Positions 9,153 to 18,646 of a stretch of DNA of 64,000 nucleotides are shown piece by piece (the stretch's first letter is position 1; each line of letters starts with the position of its first letter). This DNA is from an uncultured Bacteroidota bacterium (GTDB taxonomy: Bacteria > CLD3 > SB21), in the NCBI GenBank assembly GCA_964602985.1, contig CAZRTJ010000003.1, positions 34,293 through 98,292 of the forward strand. The letters run 5' to 3'. A program made the position numbers and the translations under genes. The notes beneath the pieces were generated by a model, which saw nothing but the letters and a program-made list of their open reading frames with translations, searched no databases and was not told where the DNA came from.

Positions 9153-9422
9153 ATGACCGTGGTGTGGGCCGATCGACACACCAGCATGTGGGAGTTTACG
9201 CACCTGCGCGCCCTCTGTCCCTGCGCCAACTGCGATGCCGGTCGGGGACGCATCGGCCGTGATGAAACGGTCGGCGTCCGGAGCGCAGCCGAGGTGGGTC
9301 GCTACGCCCTGCGTTTCGAATGGTCGGACGGACACGATACGGGTATTTATAGTTTTGAATATTTACGCCATCATTGCCCCTGTGAAGAATGTCAACATCT
9401 CAGCAAGGAAACCTCATCATGA
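9153..9422 (+). CDS. DUF971 family protein (gamma-butyrobetaine-hydroxylase-like N-terminal Zn-ribbon domain)
   Basis: 'VWADRHTSMWEFTHLRALCPCANCD...YALRFEWSDGHDTGIYSFEYLRHHCPCEEC' matches the DUF971 pattern (W.DGH.S.Y....LR..CPCA.C). 89 aa. Its stop overlaps the next start (ATGA). Confidence 0.65.
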   Translation: MTVVWADRHTSMWEFTHLRALCPCANCDAGRGRIGRDETVGVRSAAEVGRYALRFEWSDGHDTGIYSFEYLRHHCPCEECQHLSKETSS

Positions 9423-10096
9423 AATGCATCCTGACTTTCTTGACGGTTTTGCTCGTCTCCTGCCGGACGACCAAAGAAACAGGAATTTCCAATCAGGATT
9501 TCGAAAAGGCGCTTCAGGAGTCGACGGTCATTGTGAAGCCGGATTTCCTGGCAGATGAGAAATTGCCCAATGAGGAATACATACTGTCCGACACGATGGT
9601 GGCGGCGGTGTCCATCGCAGAAGTGTTGCCGAGGGAGTGGGCGCCGTATCGAATTCAGGTCTTTGCGGGCACGGCCGACAACGCGCACAAAACCCACCGT
9701 GACTTTTCCTCCCGCGGCGGCGTCCATTCTTCCTACCTGGTGCGAGACTCTGCGGACGGGCTCTGGAAGGTCTGGATTGGGGGCTTGCAAACGCGCGCGG
9801 CCGCCGATTCGCTGAAGGCCGAACTCATCGGTTTGGGTTACACGGGTGCGTGGATCAAAGAATCGCCCACATCCACGGAAAACAAACTGTGGTATGTCCA
9901 GGTCGGATCTTTTCAAAATCAGGCGGCGGCGGAAAAAACACGCGACAGACTCGCCGCTCAGACCGTCGTCATTCGCGAGGTAAAAGGACTGTGGAAAGTC
10001 TGGGTGGGCGGATTCCCGGATCGGGCGCAGGCGGACGAATTGAAACGATCCCTTACGGGCTTCTCCGGAACCTTTGTCGTTCAGGACAGCGAATGA
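9419..10096 (+). CDS. Lipoprotein with two SPOR (septal peptidoglycan-binding) domains
   Basis: Lipoprotein signal 'MKCILTFLTVLLVSC'. Two repeats of the 'YRIQVFAGTADNAHK...WKVWIGGLQTRAAADSLKAEL' / 'WYVQVGSFQNQAAAEKTRDRL...LWKVWVGGFPDRAQADELKRSL' type, the classic SPOR fold signature. ATGA overlaps on both flanks. Confidence 0.7.
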   Translation: MKCILTFLTVLLVSCRTTKETGISNQDFEKALQESTVIVKPDFLADEKLPNEEYILSDTMVAAVSIAEVLPREWAPYRIQVFAGTADNAHKTHRDFSSRGGVHSSYLVRDSADGLWKVWIGGLQTRAAADSLKAELIGLGYTGAWIKESPTSTENKLWYVQVGSFQNQAAAEKTRDRLAAQTVVIREVKGLWKVWVGGFPDRAQADELKRSLTGFSGTFVVQDSE

Positions 10097-10746
10097 TTGC
10101 ACTGGAAGACGTGGCCGTCGTCTACGATGGACGCGCCAGTCTGGCTGATGTCACCACCTCCATCGATCCCGGAGAATTTGTGTACTTGCTCGGTCCCAGC
10201 GGATCCGGGAAGAGTACATTCCTAAAACTCATTTATCTGGATATCCTCCCGACGTCCGGCCACGTACAGATCGGAGAATTCGACACGCGGCAATTGCGGA
10301 AGCGAGAAATTCCGTACCTGCGCCGACAGCTCGGAATTGTCTTTCAAGACTTCCGGCTTCTGCGTGATCGCAACACGTATGACAACATCGCCTTTGCCTG
10401 CATGGTCACCGGCACACCGAAATCCGACATTCCAAAGAAAGTCATGCGGGTCCTGGCCGAAGTCGGACTGACGAACAAGCGTCAGCAAATGCCGTACGAG
10501 CTTTCCGGCGGCGAACAGCAGCGCGTGGTCATCGCCCGTGCTCTGGTCAACGAGCCGATCGTGATCCTCGCCGACGAACCGACGGGCAACCTGGACCCGG
10601 ACACTTCCGCCGAGATCATGATGCTTCTCCAACGGATCCACGAAAAAGGAACGGCAATCCTCATGGCCACGCACGATTACCACATCGTGGATAAATACCC
10701 CAGACGAATGATTCGACTCCAAAACGGAAAAATGGTGGACGCATGA
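10093..10746 (+). CDS. ftsE: Cell-division ABC transporter ATP-binding protein FtsE
   Basis: Walker A GPSGSGKST. 'LRKREIPYLRRQLGIVFQDFRLLRDRNTYDNIAF' is near-identical in pattern to E. coli FtsE '[33 protein letters not shown]'. ABC signature LSGGEQQRVVIARAL. Walker B ILADEPTGNLD. 217 aa. Confidence 0.85.
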   Translation: MIALEDVAVVYDGRASLADVTTSIDPGEFVYLLGPSGSGKSTFLKLIYLDILPTSGHVQIGEFDTRQLRKREIPYLRRQLGIVFQDFRLLRDRNTYDNIAFACMVTGTPKSDIPKKVMRVLAEVGLTNKRQQMPYELSGGEQQRVVIARALVNEPIVILADEPTGNLDPDTSAEIMMLLQRIHEKGTAILMATHDYHIVDKYPRRMIRLQNGKMVDA

Positions 10747-12239
10747 AAAAACCCATCCGGAAAATTCTGATTGCCAATCGCGGCGAGATCGCCTTGCGCA
10801 TCCTTCGAGCGTGCCGGGAAATGGAGATTCAAACCGTTGCTGTGTTTTCGGAGGCCGATCGCACAGCTGCCCACGTGCGTCTGGCAGATCAGGCAGTGTA
10901 CGTGGGCCCGGCCCCATCCTCCCAGAGCTATCTGGTGATCGATCACATCCTCCGGGCCGCGAAGGAGTCCGGTGCGGACGCCATCCATCCGGGATACGGT
11001 TTCCTGTCCGAAAACGACGAGTTTGCGGACCGGGTCGCGCAGGAAGGCCTGATCTTCATCGGTCCGCCCGGTGCCGCCATGCGACAGATGGGAAGCAAAA
11101 CAGAGGCTCGCAAACTCGCCAAGCGATGCGGCGTACCGACTGTGCCGGGCACCGAAGAAGGACTCCGGTCCAAAGAAGAAGCGCGCCAGATCGCCGATCA
11201 GATCGGCTACCCCGTCCTGATCAAGGCCGCGGCCGGCGGAGGCGGCAAGGGCATGCGGCTCGTGCAGAGCCCCGAGGAACTCAACGACGCCATCAATCGC
11301 GCACAGGGAGAGGCTTTGTCGGCGTTCGGCGACGACACGGTCTACATTGAAAAGTACGTCGTCCAGCCGCGACACATTGAAATTCAGATTTTGGCCGATG
11401 CTCACGGACACGTGGTCTACCTCGGAGAGCGCGAATGCTCCATCCAACGCCGACACCAGAAAGTCATCGAGGAATCACCGTCCTGCATTGTCACGCCGGA
11501 ACTACGCAAACGAATGGGAGACTCCGCCGTTCGTCTGGCCAGGGAATGCGGCTACGTCAGCGCCGGCACGCTGGAGTTCCTCGTCGATCACGAGCGCAAT
11601 TTCTACTTCCTCGAAATGAACACCCGTCTGCAGGTGGAGCATCCGGTCACGGAGATGGTCACCGGTGTAGACATGGTGCGACAGATGATCCACATCGCCG
11701 CGGGTGATGCATTGCCGTTTACGCAGGACGACATCCGCATGTCCGGACACGCGATCGAATGTCGAATCTACGCGGAAGACGTCGAGAACAATTTCGCACC
11801 GTCCATCGGCCGGATCGAACACATGGAGCCATCGTTGGGACCCGGCATCCGGGAAGACAGCGGCATCTTCGAAGGAGACACGGTCCAGATTTACTACGAC
11901 CCGATGATCTCCAAACTCGTCGCCTGGGCCAACGACCGCAAACACGCGATTGCCCGCATGCGTCGATCCCTGCGCGAGTACGCCGTCGTCGGCGTGGATA
12001 CGACGATCCCATTCTGTCTGTTTGTCATGGAAAACGAGAGCTTTCAGAAGGGCGATTTTGATACGGGATTTGTGCAAAAGGAATTCACGCCGGAAAAATT
12101 GCGCCACAAAGAAGAGCACATGGCCGCGATCGCCGCCGCTCTCCATGACCACTTGCATCGCAAAACAACGACGTCCAAGATGATCCCGGCGCCTTCCGGC
12201 AATCGATCTGGCGCCTGGAAGTGGAAATCGAGGAAATAA
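10743..12239 (+). CDS. accC: Biotin carboxylase (acetyl-CoA carboxylase subunit AccC-type; no biotinyl domain)
   Basis: 'KILIANRGEIALRILRACREMEI', 'IHPGYGFLSEN', 'GYPVLIKAAAGGGGKGMR', 'EMNTRLQVEHPVTE' and 'HAIECRIYAED' are the canonical ATP-grasp biotin-carboxylase motifs. 498 aa with a roughly 50-aa C-terminal tail. Confidence 0.9.
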   Translation: MKKPIRKILIANRGEIALRILRACREMEIQTVAVFSEADRTAAHVRLADQAVYVGPAPSSQSYLVIDHILRAAKESGADAIHPGYGFLSENDEFADRVAQEGLIFIGPPGAAMRQMGSKTEARKLAKRCGVPTVPGTEEGLRSKEEARQIADQIGYPVLIKAAAGGGGKGMRLVQSPEELNDAINRAQGEALSAFGDDTVYIEKYVVQPRHIEIQILADAHGHVVYLGERECSIQRRHQKVIEESPSCIVTPELRKRMGDSAVRLARECGYVSAGTLEFLVDHERNFYFLEMNTRLQVEHPVTEMVTGVDMVRQMIHIAAGDALPFTQDDIRMSGHAIECRIYAEDVENNFAPSIGRIEHMEPSLGPGIREDSGIFEGDTVQIYYDPMISKLVAWANDRKHAIARMRRSLREYAVVGVDTTIPFCLFVMENESFQKGDFDTGFVQKEFTPEKLRHKEEHMAAIAAALHDHLHRKTTTSKMIPAPSGNRSGAWKWKSRK

Positions 12240-12267
12240 AAAAAGCTGCCTCACTTCCGAGACAGCT
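12238..12267 (-). terminator. Intrinsic terminator for the minus-strand lipoprotein gene (sits right after the accC stop)
   Basis: Minus-strand RNA folds GCUGUCUC-(loop)-GAGGCAGC (an 8-bp stem with one G-U pair) followed by UUUUUUU, the complement of the A-run at 12238-12244. Confidence 0.5.
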
Positions 12268-12292
12268 CTTCATCCATCCCGTCTGAGAAAAA

Positions 12293-12991
12293 TTACCGAA
12301 CCGTTGCGGAGTCTCCGGACTGCATCGCTTCATCGCGCCCCTGCTGACGCGCCTCTTCCAGCTGCTGACTGCGAATCACGTACTTGAATCGGTTGGGGGA
12401 AATGTGTGCGGAACCTTGCGTAACGAACGTTCCGAAGGCGCCGTCGTTGTAGTACAACCACACCTGGAAACCCGGAACCAGTTCGTCGATCAGCGCCGTT
12501 TCCTCCAGCAATTTGTTGGCCGCTTCGACGCTCAATCCTTTTTCCTTGGTCAGCCAGTTGCGGCCGACCTTGTAGTGCGTGTCGCCCGCGACGACGTCGT
12601 ATGGCTTGGGCAGTTTCGCCTTCAGTTCGGTCAAGTCGGCGCTGATCTTCGAGATTTGCTCGTTCTTGTCTAGGATTTGGGTCAACAAGCCCTTGTACGT
12701 CAGATCTTGTTCCGTTTCCACCATTTGCTGGATCAGCTTCATCTGGTTGGCATCGAAACCCATCATCGTATCCGGTACGACGATCTGGCTGTCTGCAGCA
12801 CGGTTGACGTTGAATTGCTGAACCGCCTCCATGATCTCTTTCCGGACGTCGGCGATTTCGTCATTCTTCTTGCCCACCGTCTTGACCAACGTGTTGAATT
12901 CCTCGATCGAACCCGCTTCTCTCTTTTGACATCCCAGGCCGATGAAGATAGACAATCCAATCATCCCTGCCTGCATCAATACTTGTTTCAT
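12293..12991 (-). CDS. Lipoprotein with coiled-coil region and LysM-like C-terminal domain
   Basis: Start at the internal ATG at 12991, with a GAGGAG Shine-Dalgarno 5 nt upstream. Signal plus lipobox 'MKQVLMQAGMIGLSIFIGLGC'. The C-terminal 'YDVVAGDTHYKVGRNWL...' is LysM-like. The ORF-track start at 13075 is probably an over-extension. Confidence 0.55.
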   Translation of the reverse strand: MKQVLMQAGMIGLSIFIGLGCQKREAGSIEEFNTLVKTVGKKNDEIADVRKEIMEAVQQFNVNRAADSQIVVPDTMMGFDANQMKLIQQMVETEQDLTYKGLLTQILDKNEQISKISADLTELKAKLPKPYDVVAGDTHYKVGRNWLTKEKGLSVEAANKLLEETALIDELVPGFQVWLYYNDGAFGTFVTQGSAHISPNRFKYVIRSQQLEEARQQGRDEAMQSGDSATVR

Positions 12992-13007
12992 AAGCTCCTC
13001 GCGTTTT

Positions 13008-13036
13008 TGCGGCGCAGTATAGACGGAAGGACGGGA
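13008..13036 (-). promoter_or_regulatory. Sigma-70-like promoter candidate for the lipoprotein gene
   Basis: On the minus strand: TTGCGT, a 17-nt spacer, then TATACT, located about 25 nt upstream of the GAGGAG-ATG. Confidence 0.35.
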
Positions 13037-13124
13037 AAACGCAAGTGGAAATTCCCTGGCGTCAACGCACCGCAAAATCGAAATGTCTGGTCGGGATGGC
13101 GACCGGGGTCGATCCTGACCGTTC

Positions 13125-16100
13125 CTACGAACGAATGGATCGCAGAGTCTCTGTCACGTCTTCCATGCTGAAGGGTTTGCGAATCACTCCCCGGAATCCG
13201 TACGTGCGGCAATCGGCCATCACGGGATCGTTGGAATAGCCGCTGGCCACGACCGCGCACACCTCCGGATCGATCCGAAGCAACTCTTCCATTGTTTCCT
13301 TGCCGCCTTTGCCGCCGGGAATGGTCAAATCCATGATGACCAGTCGATACGGCGTCCCTTCCGACATCGCGCGCACATATTCCCGAATCGCGTCATCCCC
13401 CTCTGAGACGGCGACTGCATCGTACCCCAACTGCCCTACCATATGGATGAGCAGCGTCCGGATGTCCGGCTCGTCGTCCATGATCAAGATGCGTCCCTGC
13501 CCACGAAATTCCACCTTCGTCCGTAGTTCGGATTCGGAGCGGGCGCCCGCAGACGCCGGCAGAAATACGGAAAACGTCGTCCCCTTGTTGATCTCAGATT
13601 CGACGGCGATCAGACCGTCGTGATTCTTCACGATCGAATAGCACATCGCCAGACCCAATCCACTGCCGGTGGACTTCGTCGTGAAGTAGGGATCAAAAAT
13701 CTTCGGCATCACATCGGCAGGAATGCCCGACCCCTGATCACGAAAACGAATGCACACATACCGTCCGGGCTGCAATCCAGCGAAAGGATTGGAATTCGCA
13801 TCGACATTTTCCGCCTGGATGGTGACCGTTCCGCCATTCGGCATGGCCTGCACGGCATTGAGCACGAGATTGTGAATCACCTGATTGATTTGCCCGGTAT
13901 CCACTTGAGCCAGCCAGAGATCCGGATCGATGGCAAATTCACACAGGACACCCGATCCGCGCACCACAAATTCCGCAGACTCCTTGATCAGTTCCCCGAT
14001 GGATGCCGCGTGACGCACGGGCACTCCCCCGCGGGAAAACGTCAGGAGTTGTTGGGTCAAATCCCGGGCACGAAGGCAGGCCTTTTCCGATCGGGACAGC
14101 ATGTCGCTCAAGGAACCCATGCGTCCAACGGCGATTTCCATCTTGGCCAGACTGATATTGCCCAGGATGGCCGTCAAAATATTATTAAAGTCGTGTGCGA
14201 TGCCGCCTGCCAGAATGCCCACGGACTCCAGCTTCAGCGCCTTGACGCGTTCCTCTTCCAGTTTCTGCTTTTCCGTAATGTCGTGAATGACGAGAACGGC
14301 GCCGATCACGCGACCTTCGGCATCCCGGATCGGAGAGGCCGTCTCCGTGACGATGAATTCTCTTCCCCCCTTCGCCGCGAGGACACTCGGGCGCGTGGTC
14401 TCTACCAGGGTATTCGAGCGCAACGTGCGCTGGACGGTATCCTCCAGTCGCTCACGGTTCTTCTGTTGGTACAGGACGACGACCTCGGACACGCGTTGAC
14501 CCATGCCCTCCTCCGACGTCCAACCGGTGAATTGCTCCGCCTGGGCATTCATGATGCGAACGCGACCCTCCGCATCCGTTGCAATCACACCATCGCCGAT
14601 GGATCGAAGCGTGACCGACAGTCGCTCTTTTTCAGCGGCCAATTGCAGTTCCGACTGTTTGCGCTCGGTGATATCAAACAGCACGTGCAATACGGACGTC
14701 ATGTTGCCCTGTTCGTCCCGCAGGGCGTCCCCGCTGACCAGTACATGCAGGAAGGACCCATCCCTCTTGAGAAATCGACATTCGTAGCTGGCCGCCTGCC
14801 CCTTCGTGAGAATCCGATTGTAGGCCGCCGTCATCCGCTCACGATCTTCGGGATGCACGAACGACACAAAGGCCCGGCCCAGCACTTCACTTTCCCGATA
14901 CTTGCAGAACCGCAACAAAGACTGGTTGACAAAGAGCACGCGGCCGTCCAGCGACACCTCGATCAGAAATTCGTACATCGATTCGACCAGATTTCGATAA
15001 CGCTTTTCAGAATGCCGCAGGGCTCTTTCGGCTTCCATTCGGTCCGTCACGTCACGGGCGTTGATCACGGCGCCGTGAACAATCGGATCGCGCAGGAGAT
15101 TTCTGCCGTGGATGGCCAGGAGGCGCCATCGACCGTTCTTGTGACGAAATCGATACTGCTGATCAACGACTCGTCTTCGGGAATGAATCGACTCGTAAAA
15201 CACGCGCTTGAGCGACTCCTGCTCGTCGGGATGGGCGTAATCAAACACACAGTGATCCTGAATCGCGTCGGGAGCATACCCGAGGACCCGCTGAACCGAC
15301 GGACTGGAATACAGAATATGCGCATCCGCATTGATGATGATGATGATATCCATCGCATTCTCAATCAGCGCCCGATAATACCGTTCGCTGGCGGCGACCA
15401 GATCCTGCGCTCTCCGCCTCTCCGTGACATCCCGCGCGATCACTCCGACCCCGTAGATCTCGCCCTGGGGAGTCAGGATCGGACTGAACGTGATTTCAAA
15501 ATCCGTCTGCGCTCCGTGACGCTCGACATGGTCCTCGACGCTGAAACCGTGGCCCTTCAGCGCCTTCGCATACCGTTCTCGCCACACGTCTCGTCGGGAT
15601 CTCGGAGCCGCGCTCAACACATTCATGCCCGGCAGCAGAAGCGAGGTTCCGGAGGACAAGAACATTCGCTGACTCGCACTGTTGGCGACGACTAGACGGA
15701 GACTCGCATCCACCGACCAAATCGCATCGTGCGTATTTTCTAAGATCGCCAGGAGGTTCGCGCGGTTTTCAGAAATCTCGCGTTCGGCTTCCTTGGCCGC
15801 TGTAATATCCCTGACGATGAACTGAAGAGCCGGAATATTGTTGAACGAGACCTTGGAAATCACTGAAGAATGCCAGCGAATACTCCCGTCCCGGTTGATG
15901 AAGCGATTTTCAATCGTCTGCGAATACGTGTCGGGTGAACGGATGAAGGCTTCGACAAAGAGCCGCACGCGATTGCGGTCTTCTTCATGCACATGCAGGA
16001 ACTCTTCGGAGCCGTACCGAGCGTGATCGTACCCGGTAACCCGACTGACGGCCGGATTCGTGAAAAGCATGCTGCCCTCGTAGTCAGTGATGAAAATCGC

Positions 16101-17012
16101 TTCCCAAAAGGACTCGACCAGTTGTCGGTATCGGGCCTCGCTCGACTGCAGCGCCTGCAGACTTTGCTTTTGTTCCGTCACGTCCTGCTGGGTTCCCCAT
16201 ACACCGATAAACTGACCGTCGCGAAGGATGCCGAATGCGCTGTTCAGGAAAAATTTTGGTTTCCCGCTCGCATCGACTTCTCGCGATTCCTGATTGTGAA
16301 CTCGGTACTGGTTGGCAATAAAATCCTGTATGTACTGAAAATTGTACGGGTCATCGGGAGGGAGCATCTCCCGGACGAACTTGCCGACAAACTCCGATTC
16401 CTTCGAAAATCCGTACATGTTCAGCATGGCCCGATTGCTCTCTGCAATCCGGGCACGGTCAAAAAATAATCTCGCTTGCCGCTTGGCGGCCAGACGGGTC
16501 GAGATCGGCGGATCCACTTCCACCCTGTAGATCCCCTGCGTGCTCGCCTGGACGAATGCATTGTATCGATGCAGCAGGACATCATCCGTGTCTTCGGGCT
16601 TTGCGTCCTGCAGACCGGCCTGCAACAGGCGGAGAAAGATCCCGACGAGCCCCTTTTCATTCGTTCGCAATTTCCGAGTCAGCACGAAGGCCAGAGCGAA
16701 TTGCCTCTTGCCGACTTCAAAAGGAAGCACCCATATATCCAGATTTTTGCGAATCGACAATCGCTGTTCGCAATTCTGGCGGACCCCCAGCAGAACATAC
16801 TTTCGCAGGAGATCCAAAACCGGGCTCGACTTCGGAAGGGCCGTGTGGCGTCCGAGAACGGACAAACCGTCCGCGTCCTGGCGGACCAGCAGGACCATCC
16901 GGGCAGAAAAAAGCGAGGCGGCAGACCGGCAAAACCTTGCCAACTCCCTTTTCGTTATTTTTCCCGATAGGGACTGGAGCAGCGGAAACACACGAGGATC
17001 CCCGGGCTTCAT
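13125..17012 (-). CDS. Cytoplasmic multi-PAS hybrid sensor histidine kinase (PAS x ~6, HisKA, HATPase_c, C-terminal REC)
   Basis: Repeated PAS/PAC blocks (e.g. 'EARYRQLVESFWEAIFITDYEGSMLFTNPAVSRVTGY', 'ERYYRALIENAMDIIIIINADAHILYSSPSVQRVLGY', 'EKRYRNLVESMYEFLIEVSLDGRVLFVNQSLLRF'). HisKA H-box 'GGIAHDFNNILTAI'. G-boxes 'DQGSGIP' and 'GSGLGLAM'. Receiver 'RILIMDDEPDIR...LVIMDLTIPGGKGG'. No transmembrane segment. Start placed at the ATG at 17012, 2 nt after the stop of the upstream OMP gene. The exact start is ambiguous (the ORF extends to 17240). Confidence 0.85.
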   Translation of the reverse strand: MKPGDPRVFPLLQSLSGKITKRELARFCRSAASLFSARMVLLVRQDADGLSVLGRHTALPKSSPVLDLLRKYVLLGVRQNCEQRLSIRKNLDIWVLPFEVGKRQFALAFVLTRKLRTNEKGLVGIFLRLLQAGLQDAKPEDTDDVLLHRYNAFVQASTQGIYRVEVDPPISTRLAAKRQARLFFDRARIAESNRAMLNMYGFSKESEFVGKFVREMLPPDDPYNFQYIQDFIANQYRVHNQESREVDASGKPKFFLNSAFGILRDGQFIGVWGTQQDVTEQKQSLQALQSSEARYRQLVESFWEAIFITDYEGSMLFTNPAVSRVTGYDHARYGSEEFLHVHEEDRNRVRLFVEAFIRSPDTYSQTIENRFINRDGSIRWHSSVISKVSFNNIPALQFIVRDITAAKEAEREISENRANLLAILENTHDAIWSVDASLRLVVANSASQRMFLSSGTSLLLPGMNVLSAAPRSRRDVWRERYAKALKGHGFSVEDHVERHGAQTDFEITFSPILTPQGEIYGVGVIARDVTERRRAQDLVAASERYYRALIENAMDIIIIINADAHILYSSPSVQRVLGYAPDAIQDHCVFDYAHPDEQESLKRVFYESIHSRRRVVDQQYRFRHKNGRWRLLAIHGRNLLRDPIVHGAVINARDVTDRMEAERALRHSEKRYRNLVESMYEFLIEVSLDGRVLFVNQSLLRFCKYRESEVLGRAFVSFVHPEDRERMTAAYNRILTKGQAASYECRFLKRDGSFLHVLVSGDALRDEQGNMTSVLHVLFDITERKQSELQLAAEKERLSVTLRSIGDGVIATDAEGRVRIMNAQAEQFTGWTSEEGMGQRVSEVVVLYQQKNRERLEDTVQRTLRSNTLVETTRPSVLAAKGGREFIVTETASPIRDAEGRVIGAVLVIHDITEKQKLEEERVKALKLESVGILAGGIAHDFNNILTAILGNISLAKMEIAVGRMGSLSDMLSRSEKACLRARDLTQQLLTFSRGGVPVRHAASIGELIKESAEFVVRGSGVLCEFAIDPDLWLAQVDTGQINQVIHNLVLNAVQAMPNGGTVTIQAENVDANSNPFAGLQPGRYVCIRFRDQGSGIPADVMPKIFDPYFTTKSTGSGLGLAMCYSIVKNHDGLIAVESEINKGTTFSVFLPASAGARSESELRTKVEFRGQGRILIMDDEPDIRTLLIHMVGQLGYDAVAVSEGDDAIREYVRAMSEGTPYRLVIMDLTIPGGKGGKETMEELLRIDPEVCAVVASGYSNDPVMADCRTYGFRGVIRKPFSMEDVTETLRSIRS

Positions 17013-17014
17013 GT

Positions 17015-17776
17015 TCAAAACGAAACCGTCACGCCGTTGGATAGCACATAATCGTACCGCTTGATACCGGCAGCAGGATCGCGGTCGTAGCGGTAATTCC
17101 ACGTTGCGACGACGGTCAGAATCTTGTTGATGCCGACTCCTGCCGAACTCTCCAGAAGGACTCGATATTTGCTGCGCGCAGTCAGCGGCGCCTGGAAATA
17201 GCCTACGGCATGGAGAAACGTCTTCGAGTCGACATTCCATCGTACGCTCAGATAGTTCGTAGACCGCACCCAGCGCGTGTCATCCTTCGCGCCTTCCGAG
17301 AAAGCTTCCTGTTCTGCCATCCATCCCGACCCAACATTCACGTGCAACGGACGCGGCTTCACCGTGTTCGTGTCCGCCCCGAACAGCTCATAACGGAATC
17401 CCGCACCGGCCAGCCGTCGGTCGCGAAGCAAAATGAAATCGTTGAACTCGGCTTGCGCGAAGGCCTCTGCTTTCCAGTGCGCGGCCAACGACCGCTGCAA
17501 TCGCAGATGCGCGAATCCTTTGTGCAGGATCACATCGCCACCGGACGTTCCCCGAACGTAATTCCCCACGACAAACGAGTATGTGCGCAGCCCGACCCAA
17601 TCCATTCGGTAGGATCCGTTCAGCAGAAACAGACGGCTATTGCCACCGTAGGAACTCAAGCTCACTCCCAATTCATTGGACCAGCCCCGTTCCGCTTCCC
17701 ATTTGCGCATTCGTTCCGTATTGACCTGAGCGGAAAGGGACCCGGTCAGAACCAACAATCCGAGGAAAGCCTTCAT
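17015..17776 (-). CDS. Outer-membrane beta-barrel protein (DUF481-like)
   Basis: Signal peptide 'MKAFLGLLVLTGSLSAQ'. Alternating hydrophobic beta-strand pattern. Terminal '...LSNGVTVSF' with a C-terminal Phe typical of OM barrels. Confidence 0.55.
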   Translation of the reverse strand: MKAFLGLLVLTGSLSAQVNTERMRKWEAERGWSNELGVSLSSYGGNSRLFLLNGSYRMDWVGLRTYSFVVGNYVRGTSGGDVILHKGFAHLRLQRSLAAHWKAEAFAQAEFNDFILLRDRRLAGAGFRYELFGADTNTVKPRPLHVNVGSGWMAEQEAFSEGAKDDTRWVRSTNYLSVRWNVDSKTFLHAVGYFQAPLTARSKYRVLLESSAGVGINKILTVVATWNYRYDRDPAAGIKRYDYVLSNGVTVSF

Positions 17777-17887
17777 GATCTTGTAAGGTAGGTGAAAGAC
17801 CGAAAAAATATGGCTCATTTCGGACGCGGACACAAGACTTTTGTTTCGCCCGCAAATCCGTTATACTCCTGGCGCAAAGGAGGATGC

Positions 17888-18646
17888 ATGGAATATGTGG
17901 TGATCGGCGTCGTGGCCCTGGGAGCATCGGCGCTTACGTTGGTATCGGGATTTGGGCTGGGCACGTTGCTGCTGCCCGCATTTGCCATTTTCTTTCCGAT
18001 CGAGCTGTCGGTCGCGATGACCGCGGGCGTCCATTTTGCCAACAACGTCTTCAAACTCGGACTGGTGGGCCGTCATGCGGTCGGATCCGTCGTGTTGCGA
18101 TTCGGTTTGCCGGCGCTCGTGTGCGCTTTTGGCGGAGCGTTCCTGTTGGTTTGGCTGTCGGATTTTCCACCTGTGTTTGAGTATTCCCTGGCCGGTCACA
18201 GTCGATCCATTCGTCTGGAGAAGACGCTCATCGGCGGCGCGATGATGGCCTTTGCCTTGCTGGAGTCTCGTCCCATGGTTTTTGGAAATCACCTTTTCCT
18301 GGGTGGCGTCGTCAGCGGTTTTTTCGGCGGACTGTCCGGACATCAAGGCGCTCTGCGCTCCGCCTTTCTGGTCCGCCTCGGCATGTCGAATGAGGCGTTC
18401 ATCGGGACAGGCGTCGTGATCGCGTGCCTGGTCGATGTTGCGCGGATGACGATGTACGGCATGCACATGGCCAGGACCGGCTGGGAGGTCCACACGCCCC
18501 TGATGATCACGGCATCCCTGGCCGCATTCGCCGGAGCGTTTGTCGCGTCCAAATTCATCAAAAAGATGACGATGGATCACATTCGCAAAATCGTCACGGG
18601 CATGCTGTTGGTGATCGGCGGGCTACTGGCCGGTGGACTGATGTAG
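17888..18646 (+). CDS. TSUP-family (TauE/SafE, DUF81) membrane permease
   Basis: An AGGAGG Shine-Dalgarno lies 5 nt upstream of the ATG at 17888. 'LTLVSGFGLGTLLLPAFAIFFP' and the second-half repeat 'SGFFGGLSGHQGALRSAFLV' match the duplicated TauE/SafE 4-TM modules. Confidence 0.75.
   Translation: MEYVVIGVVALGASALTLVSGFGLGTLLLPAFAIFFPIELSVAMTAGVHFANNVFKLGLVGRHAVGSVVLRFGLPALVCAFGGAFLLVWLSDFPPVFEYSLAGHSRSIRLEKTLIGGAMMAFALLESRPMVFGNHLFLGGVVSGFFGGLSGHQGALRSAFLVRLGMSNEAFIGTGVVIACLVDVARMTMYGMHMARTGWEVHTPLMITASLAAFAGAFVASKFIKKMTMDHIRKIVTGMLLVIGGLLAGGLM

Noticed and set aside
13620-15695. 691-aa +strand ORF inside the multi-PAS kinase gene
   Set aside because: Antisense to a gene with unmistakable PAS/HisKA/REC motifs. 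The translated sequence is R/H/G/D-rich with no domain-like pattern.
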